A stretch of DNA of 64,000 nt from an uncultured Candidatus Actinomarina sp. (GTDB lineage Bacteria > Actinomycetota > Acidimicrobiia > Actinomarinales > Actinomarinaceae): the NCBI GenBank assembly GCA_902634185.1, contig CACPJC010000001.1, forward strand, positions 160,001 to 224,000, in the 5' to 3' direction. The notes beneath the pieces are model-generated. The model was not told the DNA's origin and made no database searches. It worked only from the letters and a program-made list of their open reading frames with translations. Each line of letters begins with the position of its first letter. The stretch's first letter is position 1. A program made the position numbers and the translations under genes. Of this stretch, positions 19,040 to 27,594 are shown piece by piece.

Positions 19040-19864
19040 TTAGTTTGGTTGGTAAGTCCCAAAGAAGACTTGCCAGGCAAGAGCAGTCTTTGCTAATAAG
19101 CTAAGCCATATATATGCCCTCTCACCGTAAAGATAATCTTTCCATTTGCCTACACCTTTATATTGGAGAACCATGTTTATTGAAAAAGTGTTAAAGAATA
19201 AAAATATACTTACAAAAATCCAGACAACAAACTGAGGTACACCTTGTGGGTTTGAATCTGTTGCAACACCATCCCCAATTAAATTGATAAATATGAAAAT
19301 CCATGGTGCAACACCTACAAGACAACCCATAATGTAACTTGTCCAGTCGACTTTTTCAGTATATTGATTGTTGACTTCCATCATCCACCCAAACCAACAC
19401 ATTGCAGCATTCATAAAAAATATACCAAGTAATGCCCAGATATCATAAATTCCAACTAGTAAGGCAATTAAAACTATCATGACAGAAGCACTTATGGAGT
19501 ATTCAATCCAACGAACTTTATTGATTCCTTTTCCAAGGTCTTCTTGGTATTTATTGTAAAAAGGACCTGATATCAAAAAATGTGCAACTGCGGATGCTAA
19601 CAAGAAGGTTGCAACAGCAGGTCCAAAGTTTGTTACTTCTCTCCATATTTCTAATTTTGGTACTAAAGCAAATGATGATGGATCATTTGGACTGCCCTCT
19701 CCGACCAATTGTGTAAGAGTTATTGGGACTACAAAATCAGAATTTACTACAGTTCCTAACCAAAATAATGCTGATCCTTGGACAAGGTGCATAAAGCCCA
19801 TAATGATATTAAAACGCCTTAATTTTCGGATTTTTTCAGATATCAAATTTCCCCCCTTTGACAC
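19040..19864 (-). CDS. Heliorhodopsin (true start may be TTG 19846, after a G-rich RBS)
   Basis: LRRFN..MGFMHLVQG, RWIEYSISAS, YLYGERAYIWLSLLAK (retinal Lys), seven TM helices. Confidence 0.95.
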   Translation of the reverse strand: MSKGGNLISEKIRKLRRFNIIMGFMHLVQGSALFWLGTVVNSDFVVPITLTQLVGEGSPNDPSSFALVPKLEIWREVTNFGPAVATFLLASAVAHFLISGPFYNKYQEDLGKGINKVRWIEYSISASVMIVLIALLVGIYDIWALLGIFFMNAAMCWFGWMMEVNNQYTEKVDWTSYIMGCLVGVAPWIFIFINLIGDGVATDSNPQGVPQFVVWIFVSIFLFFNTFSINMVLQYKGVGKWKDYLYGERAYIWLSLLAKTALAWQVFFGTYQPN

Positions 19865-19902
19865 TCATATATTAATATGGAATTTACAAACATCTACCAA
19901 AA

Positions 19903-20097
19903 ATGAATAAACAAGAAATTTATCAAGAAATTCAAAAAATTCTACATGAAATTAATGATATTTCAAAGTCTTTATCTTCTTCAAGAGAGTTTATATCTGA
20001 AGATTCAAATAAAAGAGCTCAAGTAAGACTGGCAGAGATCGAGAGTGACTTGCAAACTATTGCTGGAAGAATAGCAAAAATTAGTTCAGTTCTTTGA
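19903..20097 (+). CDS. Small hypothetical helical/coiled-coil protein (64 aa)
   Basis: ATG-start ORF filling the intergenic space; heptad-like pattern. Confidence 0.65.
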   Translation: MNKQEIYQEIQKILHEINDISKSLSSSREFISEDSNKRAQVRLAEIESDLQTIAGRIAKISSVL

Positions 20098-21111
20098 AGG
20101 AAATGTAGTGACTTCAGTCACATCTATACAAACTTTATCACCTGGTTCAAAAATCATAGATGGCAAAGATCTTGCTCTAAATATCTCACCGTTTTTGTTT
20201 TCAAATGAAATTACTTGATCATGCCCATAAAAAATACATTCTTTAACGACATAATCCCCATTGGAATCTAGGTTGACTTCAATACATTCAGGTCTTATCG
20301 AAACATCTAATTCTCCATCATAAGCAGAATTGAATGTTCCTAATGATGTTTTAACTCTTCCGTTTGTTGATACTCCTTTTATGATATTTGGATCTCCAAC
20401 AGAGTTTGCAACAGTTTGACTTATTGGATTGAGATATATTTCCTGCGGAGTAGCACTTTGGATCACTTTACCATTTTCAAGAACACTCACAATATCACAA
20501 ACTGATAGTGCTTCTTCCTGATCATGAGTAACTATGATTCCAGTTGTTTTAGTGGCTCTTAATAATGAAACAACTTCTTCTCTTAAGTCTCTTGCCATCT
20601 GTGCATCTAAACTTGTGAAAGGTTCGTCTAGCAAAACCACTTCTGGATTTGGAGCCAATGCTCTTGCTAGCGCTACCCTTTGTTGTTGACCTCCTGATAT
20701 ATCCTGTGGAAATTTTTTTCTGTATGAACTTAAGTTTGTCATACTTATTACCTCATCGAGTCTTCCGTTTTTAATTTCTTCTTTACTTAAACCAAAAGCA
20801 ATATTTTTTTCAACTGTTAAATGAGGGAATAGTGCATAATCTTGAAATACCATACCAATTTTTCTTTTTTCAGGTGGTACGTTAGTTTTCTCATCAAATA
20901 TAACTTTGTTATGCATTTCGATTGTTCCTTGATCTGGGTTTTCAAAACCAGCTAGAAGTCTTAATGCTGTTGTTTTACCAGAACCAGAGACACCTAAAAT
21001 TCCAAATATTGATCCGTACCAAATGTCAATATTGAAATCCGTTAAAACATCTTCACTGCCATAAGATTTTGAAAGGGATCTTGCTCTTATAATTAAATTA
21101 TCGAATACCAT
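20086..21111 (-). CDS. Fe3+ ABC transporter ATP-binding protein (FbpC/AfuC-like); start reassigned to ATG 21111
   Basis: GVSGSGKTT, VFQDYALFPHL, ISGGQQQR, LLDEPF, C-terminal TOBE-like region. Confidence 0.9.
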   Translation of the reverse strand: MVFDNLIIRARSLSKSYGSEDVLTDFNIDIWYGSIFGILGVSGSGKTTALRLLAGFENPDQGTIEMHNKVIFDEKTNVPPEKRKIGMVFQDYALFPHLTVEKNIAFGLSKEEIKNGRLDEVISMTNLSSYRKKFPQDISGGQQQRVALARALAPNPEVVLLDEPFTSLDAQMARDLREEVVSLLRATKTTGIIVTHDQEEALSVCDIVSVLENGKVIQSATPQEIYLNPISQTVANSVGDPNIIKGVSTNGRVKTSLGTFNSAYDGELDVSIRPECIEVNLDSNGDYVVKECIFYGHDQVISFENKNGEIFRARSLPSMIFEPGDKVCIDVTEVTTFPSKN

Positions 21112-21113
21112 AT

Positions 21114-22670
21114 TTAAACTGTTAAATTCCTTGTACTTAATATATAAGTAGGGATTGCACTTATTGCCAACAATATAAAGGCAGAAAATGCAGCTTGTGT
21201 AAAGAGTGCTTCTGAAGCAAAAGACCATACATCAACAGCCATCGTACTAAATTCTGTTGGTCTTAATAAAAGTGTTTGTGGAAGTTCTTTCATAGTTGAA
21301 AGAAATACTAGTGCTCCACCAGCAAATAATCCTCTATAAATTAATGGAAATGTAATCTTTTGAAAAGTTTCAATTTTAGACAAGCCCAGGCCAAGACTTG
21401 CCTCAATATATGACGATTTTACTTGTTCCATTGAGGCCTGGCCACCTCCTATCGCTTGTGGAATAAATACAATTAAATAGGAAACAACTAGTGCGAAAAA
21501 ACTTTGATATATACTTGGAAATATTTTTACAGAAATAAACAGTATTGAAACTCCAACAGCAATATGTGGCAACCCATAAAGTGATAACATTAATTTTTCA
21601 ATAATGTCTCCAAATTTTGATTTATATTGAGAAATCAAAATCACAATTGGCATTGAAATAATGATGGCAAATATGGAAGTTACTATCCCCGCAGAAAATG
21701 AACCAAATATTCCGGGCAACGATGAGCTGACATCATTTCCGTAATAGATTCCACGTAATAACCAAAAACTTAATACAGATATTGGAATAATCAGTCCAAG
21801 CATGATCACAAAGCCAAGAAAGCCATATGTAAGCATTTTTCCACCACGCTCTAATTTTATTTTTTTTGGAACTTTTGGTGTTCCCGATACTTTCGCAGAT
21901 CTAGAGGTTGCTGAACCTCTTTGAACAAAACTGATAATCAAGGCCAACACAATAAGAAGACTTGAGTAAAAAATAACAGGATCACCTAGAATACTAAATT
22001 CGTAATATGCATATATTGCTTTTGTTACAGTTGAATATCTCATCAAAGAAACAGCACCAAAATCAGATATGACATAAAGGCCTACTAACAGACCTGAATA
22101 TATTATCGGTTTCTTTAACCTCGGTATTACAACATTTGTATAGACTTTGAGCTGACTCACTCCTAGTGATCTAGCAGCATCTTCAACTGTTGAGTCAAGA
22201 TTTCTCAGTGCGCTACTACAAATTAGTTGAACATATGGATATGTGAATAAAGTTAGAACTAGCCAACTACCTAAAAATCCATCAATACCTGCGATTTCTT
22301 CTAATCCGAAACTATTAAAAAGTTGTACAAATAACCCTTTTGGAGAGAATGCAGAAATATAAGTTAATGCTCCTATATATGATGGAATTACTAACGGTAG
22401 TGCACATAGGGTAAATAAAATTTTTGACCCTGCAAACTCGAACCTAATTGTCACAATCGATATCAATAAACCAACAATAAGACTTGAAATTACAACTGCA
22501 ATAAATACTGCAATTGTATTAAATAGTAATCCAAAAACATCCCATGATTGAAAGAAACTTGACAGTGATCTTGAAAAATTAATAAATCGCCAAAGCATAT
22601 AAATTACAGGCATTAGAAAAGTAATTAAAATAAACGAATTTATCGAAATTAGACTTTTTGGGATCTTCAC
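21114..22670 (-). CDS. Fe3+ ABC transporter permease (FbpB/AfuB-like)
   Basis: Two EAA loops (EDAARSLG, EASLGLG), PLVIPSYIGA, MKELPQTLLLRP. Confidence 0.92.
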   Translation of the reverse strand: MKIPKSLISINSFILITFLMPVIYMLWRFINFSRSLSSFFQSWDVFGLLFNTIAVFIAVVISSLIVGLLISIVTIRFEFAGSKILFTLCALPLVIPSYIGALTYISAFSPKGLFVQLFNSFGLEEIAGIDGFLGSWLVLTLFTYPYVQLICSSALRNLDSTVEDAARSLGVSQLKVYTNVVIPRLKKPIIYSGLLVGLYVISDFGAVSLMRYSTVTKAIYAYYEFSILGDPVIFYSSLLIVLALIISFVQRGSATSRSAKVSGTPKVPKKIKLERGGKMLTYGFLGFVIMLGLIIPISVLSFWLLRGIYYGNDVSSSLPGIFGSFSAGIVTSIFAIIISMPIVILISQYKSKFGDIIEKLMLSLYGLPHIAVGVSILFISVKIFPSIYQSFFALVVSYLIVFIPQAIGGGQASMEQVKSSYIEASLGLGLSKIETFQKITFPLIYRGLFAGGALVFLSTMKELPQTLLLRPTEFSTMAVDVWSFASEALFTQAAFSAFILLAISAIPTYILSTRNLTV

Positions 22671-22710
22671 AATACTAAGAATATCTTTGATTTTGACTTA
22701 TTAAAAGAAA

Positions 22711-22742
22711 AATTCTGGCCAAAGAAACTCTTGGCCAGAATT
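22711..22742 (-). terminator. Hairpin between the binding-protein and permease genes (terminator or mRNA stabiliser)
   Basis: AATTCTGGCCAA-N8-TTGGCCAGAATT, followed by TTTCTTTT on the minus strand. Confidence 0.75.
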
Positions 22743-22780
22743 CTATTCTGTTTCGAGCTTACTAGTTAATTAATGACGGA

Positions 22781-23881
22781 CTAGAAACCTGCTTGCGCAA
22801 TCAACTCGACAGCTTTTTCCTGCCAAAGTGATAGCGCTGACCAGTTCAAATTTGATGGAGAATTTAAACTGTCAATATCTGGGAGTAAAACGTTTGGTGT
22901 TACACCTGCAGCGAGAGGGAACTCATAAACAGAATTAGTAAAATGCTCTTGGGCACTTGTTGAGTGTAAAAACTCAATAAATGCTAAAGCAGCAGGTTTG
23001 TTTTGACTTGTAGCCAAAATACCTGCACCCGCTGGCATAACCATAGCACCACAACCACCATCTAAGTACACATTTTTAACAGGACTATCTCCGTTTTCAG
23101 CAACTACCCTCAATGTGTAATAGTGATTAATCATTCCAATGTCTAATTCACCAGCATCTGCTGCAGCAACTTGTGGAGAGTTCTTTGGATATTCTGTATA
23201 TCCAAGTCCATTAATAGCGGTTAGCCACTCTAGAACTTTTTCTTCACCATCAGATTCAATCATGCAAGCAATCATTGCAATGAATGATGAGTTTGTTGGT
23301 GCTAGTCCTAATCTATTTCTAAACTTTTCATCTGCAAGACCATAAATATCACTTGGCATCTCTGCATCACTTACATCTCTAGTATCAATTACTAATGATC
23401 TTGATCTTCCTGATGTACCAACCCAAAAACTATTTTTATCAATAGCCCAAGTTGGAACATTGTCTAGTATGTCAGCTGGTAATTTATCAAATAGGCCTGC
23501 TTTTGCAACAACACCAAGGCTTACCGGATCTTGTGAAAAGAATACGTCAGCTGGGCTAATTGCTCCTTCAAGTTCTAATGTTCCGGCAAGGGCAGCACTC
23601 TTTGCATATCTAACTTCAACATCAACACCAAATTTAGATTCAAATTCTGCGATTAAATCAGAAACTAAGCTTTCTTTTCTGCCACTGTATACCACAAGCG
23701 TTCCACCGACTTCTGCCTCTGGTTCTGCTAGAGCTGCTTCTACAGCAGAGTCAATATTCTCTTGAGATACTTCGCCCGGTGGACCTGCTTCGCCCGGTGG
23801 GCCTTGTTCTCCATCTTGACCAGCACACCCTATAAATACCAATACAAGTAAAGAAAATAATGCAACAGATTGTTTTTTCAT
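22781..23881 (-). CDS. Fe3+ ABC transporter substrate-binding lipoprotein (FbpA/FutA-like)
   Basis: Lipobox FIGC, LVVYSGR, SPADVF, NHYY tandem Tyr ligands. Confidence 0.92.
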   Translation of the reverse strand: MKKQSVALFSLLVLVFIGCAGQDGEQGPPGEAGPPGEVSQENIDSAVEAALAEPEAEVGGTLVVYSGRKESLVSDLIAEFESKFGVDVEVRYAKSAALAGTLELEGAISPADVFFSQDPVSLGVVAKAGLFDKLPADILDNVPTWAIDKNSFWVGTSGRSRSLVIDTRDVSDAEMPSDIYGLADEKFRNRLGLAPTNSSFIAMIACMIESDGEEKVLEWLTAINGLGYTEYPKNSPQVAAADAGELDIGMINHYYTLRVVAENGDSPVKNVYLDGGCGAMVMPAGAGILATSQNKPAALAFIEFLHSTSAQEHFTNSVYEFPLAAGVTPNVLLPDIDSLNSPSNLNWSALSLWQEKAVELIAQAGF

Positions 23882-23903
23882 TTTTTACCCTTCTTAAATA
23901 TGT

Positions 23904-23921
23904 TGTTAATAGTAGTTAACA
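23904..23921. promoter_or_regulatory. Candidate metal-regulator operator upstream of the Fe3+ binding-protein gene
   Basis: TGTTAATA-GT-AGTTAACA, a 14/16 match to the palindrome at 24329-24346. Confidence 0.6.
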
Positions 23922-24051
23922 AAATTCGTTAAGTAAAGTTAAAAATATAAACTGTAATGATAAAAAAATTTTTAATATTTTTTTCTATAGATCAGATTTA
24001 AAAACTTTTAAGAATTTAACTTTAAAATATAAGGCGTAAGAAATTCAAGAC

Positions 24052-24156
24052 TTAAGCTTTTGTGAACTGCTTAATTAATGCACGAGGGAATATTTTTCCA
24101 CCGTTACGCACAACCCACATAAAGGCAACTAATAAATATGCGAAAGGACATGCCAT
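24052..24156 (-). CDS. Putative 34-aa micropeptide
   Basis: MACPFAYLLVAFMWVVRNGGKIFPRALIKQFTKA; TAAAAT 6 nt before the ATG. Confidence 0.5.
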   Translation of the reverse strand: MACPFAYLLVAFMWVVRNGGKIFPRALIKQFTKA

Positions 24157-24190
24157 ATTATTATTTTACAGCAATGTTAAAATAAAAGAA

Positions 24191-24307
24191 ATGGATAATA
24201 ACATAAAAGAAATTAACAATAATCCAAAAATTATAACAAAATTTGAACCTCTGCTTTGGATTGCATTTGTAGCATTAACTGCTGTAGTCGGTTGTCCAAT
24301 TTTTTGA
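24191..24307 (+). CDS. Putative 38-aa micropeptide with C-terminal TM helix
   Basis: MDNNIKEINNNPKIITKFEPLLWIAFVALTAVVGCPIF; TGT-TAAAAT 7 nt before the ATG. Confidence 0.5.
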   Translation: MDNNIKEINNNPKIITKFEPLLWIAFVALTAVVGCPIF

Positions 24308-24324
24308 AATATTATTAAATAGCT

Positions 24325-24350
24325 AATATGTTAACACCTGTTAACATATT
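24325..24350. promoter_or_regulatory. Perfect palindromic operator candidate overlapping the -10 of the DtxR-family gene
   Basis: AATATGTTAACA-CC-TGTTAACATATT, ending 3 nt before ATG 24354. Confidence 0.75.
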
Positions 24351-24353
24351 TAT

Positions 24354-25064
24354 ATGAGTAAACCTCAGAACATACTATCTCATGAACGAGAAGGTCAAGA
24401 GTTAATTGAAAACTTCCCAGTTTCATTTTTTTCTCATGCTGAAGCAATCTATCATTTACAAGAAGTTGGTATAGATTTAAAAAAGACTAGGGTTGCTGAC
24501 TGGCTGCAAACTAGTCGTGCAAATGTTTCTCAAGTCATTGGAAGAATGCAAAATAGTGGTTTGGTAGATTTTGGAGAAAATTTAAAGCTTACTGAAAGTG
24601 GAGATTGTCTTGCAAAGATTGTTATTAGACGACATCGAATTACTGAAAGATTCTTATCAGAGGTTTTAAATCTTCCTTGGGCTGATGTTTATAAAGAAGC
24701 ATCCAAATGGGAAAATGTGCTTAGTCCTCTTACTGAAAAAGCTATGCTAGAAATCTTGGGAAATCCAACTACAGGTCCCTTTGGGAATCCAATTCCTTAC
24801 TCAAATTACAAAGAAAAAAAAATGTATCCAATCTTAGATGCTAAAGCAGATAACAATTACTTTATTGAAAAGATTACAGAGGAATTAAAAAGAGATAATG
24901 AAACAATCTCTTTTTTACAAAACCACGATATGACACCAGGGAAAAAAATAAAGGTCGCAGACTCTGGAGATTATTCAATAACGATAAGTACTGACGACAA
25001 AAAATATTTTGGAATAGACAAATTTCTAGCAAAAAGAGTCTTTGTAAGCTCTACCAATTTATGA
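24354..25064 (+). CDS. DtxR/IdeR/MntR-family metal-dependent transcriptional regulator
   Basis: wHTH, RRHRITERFL, EASKWEN, GPFGNPIP, FeoA/SH3-like C-terminus. Confidence 0.9.
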   Translation: MSKPQNILSHEREGQELIENFPVSFFSHAEAIYHLQEVGIDLKKTRVADWLQTSRANVSQVIGRMQNSGLVDFGENLKLTESGDCLAKIVIRRHRITERFLSEVLNLPWADVYKEASKWENVLSPLTEKAMLEILGNPTTGPFGNPIPYSNYKEKKMYPILDAKADNNYFIEKITEELKRDNETISFLQNHDMTPGKKIKVADSGDYSITISTDDKKYFGIDKFLAKRVFVSSTNL

Positions 25065-25092
25065 TTAATTTAAATATATTCAATAATTAAGT

Positions 25093-25572
25093 ATGGAAGA
25101 TTTTTTACAACAATTACCAAGAAATCTATTTCTCTATATAGGTGCTGGTATATTTGCATTAATTTTTACTTATAGGTTCTTTCCAAAAGTATTCTTGAAA
25201 ATTCACAAACCTTTCTTTTTTACTTTAGGAATTTTGTCTCTATCTCTAGGATATGTAGGGATTTTAATTCCTGGCCTTCCAACAACTGTATTTATTCTTA
25301 TTGCAGCATGGGCATTTTCAAAATGTTCTGATAGATTTACTGCTTGGCTTGAAAATCACAGACTTTTTGGACCAATGATATTAAATTGGAAGACTTATAG
25401 AGGACTGTCAAGAAGAGCTAAAAAACTTGCTATTTTGATGATAATTCCTACTTTTGTCTTAACCATATTTTTAGTATTTTCATTAGTTGGGGACTTAATA
25501 TTTGGATCTTTTGGAATTGCTCTTTGTGTATGGTTGGCAACAAGACCTGAACCCCCACTAGAACAAAATTAA
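25093..25572 (+). CDS. YbaN/DUF454-family inner-membrane protein
   Basis: GILIPGLPTTVFILIAAWAFSKCS..F..WL..HRLFGP. Confidence 0.88.
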   Translation: MEDFLQQLPRNLFLYIGAGIFALIFTYRFFPKVFLKIHKPFFFTLGILSLSLGYVGILIPGLPTTVFILIAAWAFSKCSDRFTAWLENHRLFGPMILNWKTYRGLSRRAKKLAILMIIPTFVLTIFLVFSLVGDLIFGSFGIALCVWLATRPEPPLEQN

Positions 25573-25573
25573 A

Positions 25574-26176
25574 CTAATTAGCTTCTGGAATTTGATAATC
25601 TATTGGTGAAACTTTATCTAGTTCAAAAACATCTCTTGCCTGTGCCTCATAGTTCAAACCAATAGAAATTTGATCACCTTCAGTTACTCTATTTCCATTT
25701 TCATCAAGACGAGCGTTAAACGTTGCTTTCTTTCCTGATTTACAAATAGTTTTTAGTTCGATTAACTCATCGGCCCACCCAAGAAGATAAATACTACCGG
25801 GAAATGGCTCTCCCCTAAAATCAGTTCTTAAACCATAACAAAGAACGGGTATTTTCAATTTATCAACAACAAGAGATAACTGTAATACTTGTTTAGGTGT
25901 TAAGAACTGGGCTTCATCAACTAAAATGCATGAAACTTTTTCTCTCTGATGTTCATGTGCGGTCCAAACATATAAATCATCTTCACCCTCGAATCTCTCA
26001 ACATCTCTTTCTAGACCAATTCTTGATGTAACTTTGCCTTCTCCAAATCGATCATCTAATTTAGGTGTAAAAATTAATGTTTTCATGTTTCTTTCTTCGT
26101 AGTTATGAGCTGATTGAAGAAGGTTTGTACTTTTTCCGGCATTCATTGCTGCGTAATAAAAATAAAGTTTTGCCAT
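25574..26176 (-). CDS. tdk: Thymidine kinase
   Basis: [24 protein letters not shown]. Confidence 0.96.
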   Translation of the reverse strand: MAKLYFYYAAMNAGKSTNLLQSAHNYEERNMKTLIFTPKLDDRFGEGKVTSRIGLERDVERFEGEDDLYVWTAHEHQREKVSCILVDEAQFLTPKQVLQLSLVVDKLKIPVLCYGLRTDFRGEPFPGSIYLLGWADELIELKTICKSGKKATFNARLDENGNRVTEGDQISIGLNYEAQARDVFELDKVSPIDYQIPEAN

Positions 26177-26228
26177 ATTTTTATATTACCTTTTTATTTT
26201 TATCTTTATCCTTTTGTAAGATATAAAT

Positions 26229-26609
26229 ATGGAAAATATTTTAAAATTTTCTCACATGCTTGGACTCTCAATATGGTTAGGGTCAATGGTAATGTGGGCA
26301 ATGTTTGCACCAAAATTATACAAAATTGATCCAACAAAAAATACAACTAATACCTTAAGAAAAACTTTCAGCACTCTTTCTTGGAGCTCTTATTCTTTAT
26401 CTTTATTGAGTGGTTTAGGAATTTTTCTAGTCATTGACAATAATATGTCAACATGGGGAACTGAACTATTAGTTCTTATTTTTGCAGGAATAGTAATAGG
26501 TCTACATAGCTTTGCTTCAAAGTTAAGTTCTGCATTAAGAGGTATGTTGAATGGAGTTATGTTATTAAGTGCTTTAGTAGTTGTTTACCTGGCAACAATT
26601 AATATCTAA
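26229..26609 (+). CDS. Hypothetical 4-TM membrane protein (DUF4149/CopD-like)
   Basis: H....IWLGS motif and four hydrophobic segments. Confidence 0.6.
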   Translation: MENILKFSHMLGLSIWLGSMVMWAMFAPKLYKIDPTKNTTNTLRKTFSTLSWSSYSLSLLSGLGIFLVIDNNMSTWGTELLVLIFAGIVIGLHSFASKLSSALRGMLNGVMLLSALVVVYLATINI

Positions 26610-27148
26610 TAAGATTGAATTAGTTCTAATTCTTTCTCAGTGATAATCCCTTCACCTTGGATCAAAATTTTGCTAGTTCCCTCTTCTATTAAAAACCAAT
26701 AAATTGTTTCTTCATTTGGTATATCAAGATCTTCCTTAAATTCTTCTTTGTTTAAATAAGCAGTTATCGTGCGATTTCTAATTCTATCGTCTCTAATACC
26801 AGCTCTCATTACACCATCTAAATATATTTCATTTAACTTATTTGTTTTTCTAATTGTTGGAACTTCAATAATATTGTGAGTTAAATCCATTTCATTATTT
26901 TCAAGAAGATTAATTGATTGATCAACTAAGCCTTGATGCCATTGTTGAAAGGCAACAATGATTATTAGATCTTTATCCACAAAATCGTCTGGAACAACTT
27001 TTTTTTCTTTATTTAAATTGTTTCCTTCAATTGAAGGAAATTCATTAATTTCTCCACTCATATACATATTCTCGCTTGGTTGACAGCTTATTGTAAGAAG
27101 AAATACTATTAAAAAAAGTAATTTAGGCCGGACCAAGAACTGCCTCAA
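26606..27148 (-). CDS. Putative lipoprotein, ATP10-like/thioredoxin-like fold
   Basis: Lipobox LTISC; VAFQQWHQ, EVPTI, MRAGI...TITAY. Confidence 0.55.
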   Translation of the reverse strand: MRQFLVRPKLLFLIVFLLTISCQPSENMYMSGEINEFPSIEGNNLNKEKKVVPDDFVDKDLIIIVAFQQWHQGLVDQSINLLENNEMDLTHNIIEVPTIRKTNKLNEIYLDGVMRAGIRDDRIRNRTITAYLNKEEFKEDLDIPNEETIYWFLIEEGTSKILIQGEGIITEKELELIQSY

Positions 27149-27554
27149 GGTTTTTGATTTGTGTATTCATTAATTTAGTCCATATAGGACCAAAAAATAA
27201 TCCAACTATTATAAAAATCCCTTTATATTTAACGTTCACAGTATAAGTAAGCTCAGTACCTCTTGAGTTTGCAGATAAAAATATTGTATCAATTAGCGTA
27301 AAGTTTTTAGTATCTGCTTTTAATGAGGCTCTCAATGGTGCGCCCCATTCAATTACCTCGTAATCGATAATCATTTCTCTATCATTAAAAGATGTTTTTG
27401 CTTTGAATATCGATCCTTCTCTAATTGGCTCATTTGTAATTAGCTCAGCAGTACTAGCTGTTTCCCATTGATCAAGATTTCTAAAATCAGCAACAAAATT
27501 GAAAGCAGACTCAATATCTCCTTTTACAGTAATTGTTCTTGAATAAATCGGCAT
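27123..27554 (-). CDS. SRPBCC/polyketide-cyclase family protein
   Basis: AFNFVADFRNLDQW, GS.F, GTELTY. Confidence 0.8.
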   Translation of the reverse strand: MPIYSRTITVKGDIESAFNFVADFRNLDQWETASTAELITNEPIREGSIFKAKTSFNDREMIIDYEVIEWGAPLRASLKADTKNFTLIDTIFLSANSRGTELTYTVNVKYKGIFIIVGLFFGPIWTKLMNTQIKNLEAVLGPA

Positions 27555-27594
27555 GTTTTTATTTTAAGCTATTGGAAGTTTAGTATGTAAAAAT

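Noticed and set aside
23929-23947. Possible canonical IdeR/DtxR box TTAAGTAAAGTTAAAAATA
   Set aside because: Only about 11/19 match in very AT-rich DNA and not palindromic
24062-24307. 81-aa GTG-start ORF in the ORF track
   Set aside because: Its 5' half is antisense to the 34-aa ORF; ATG 24191 with an extended -10 is the better start
24166-24330. Hydrophobic open frame on the minus strand (…NFVIIFGLLLISFMLLSISFILTLL)
   Set aside because: No ATG, GTG or TTG start ahead of the hydrophobic segment; it is the antisense of the A-rich 38-aa ORF, though not fully excluded
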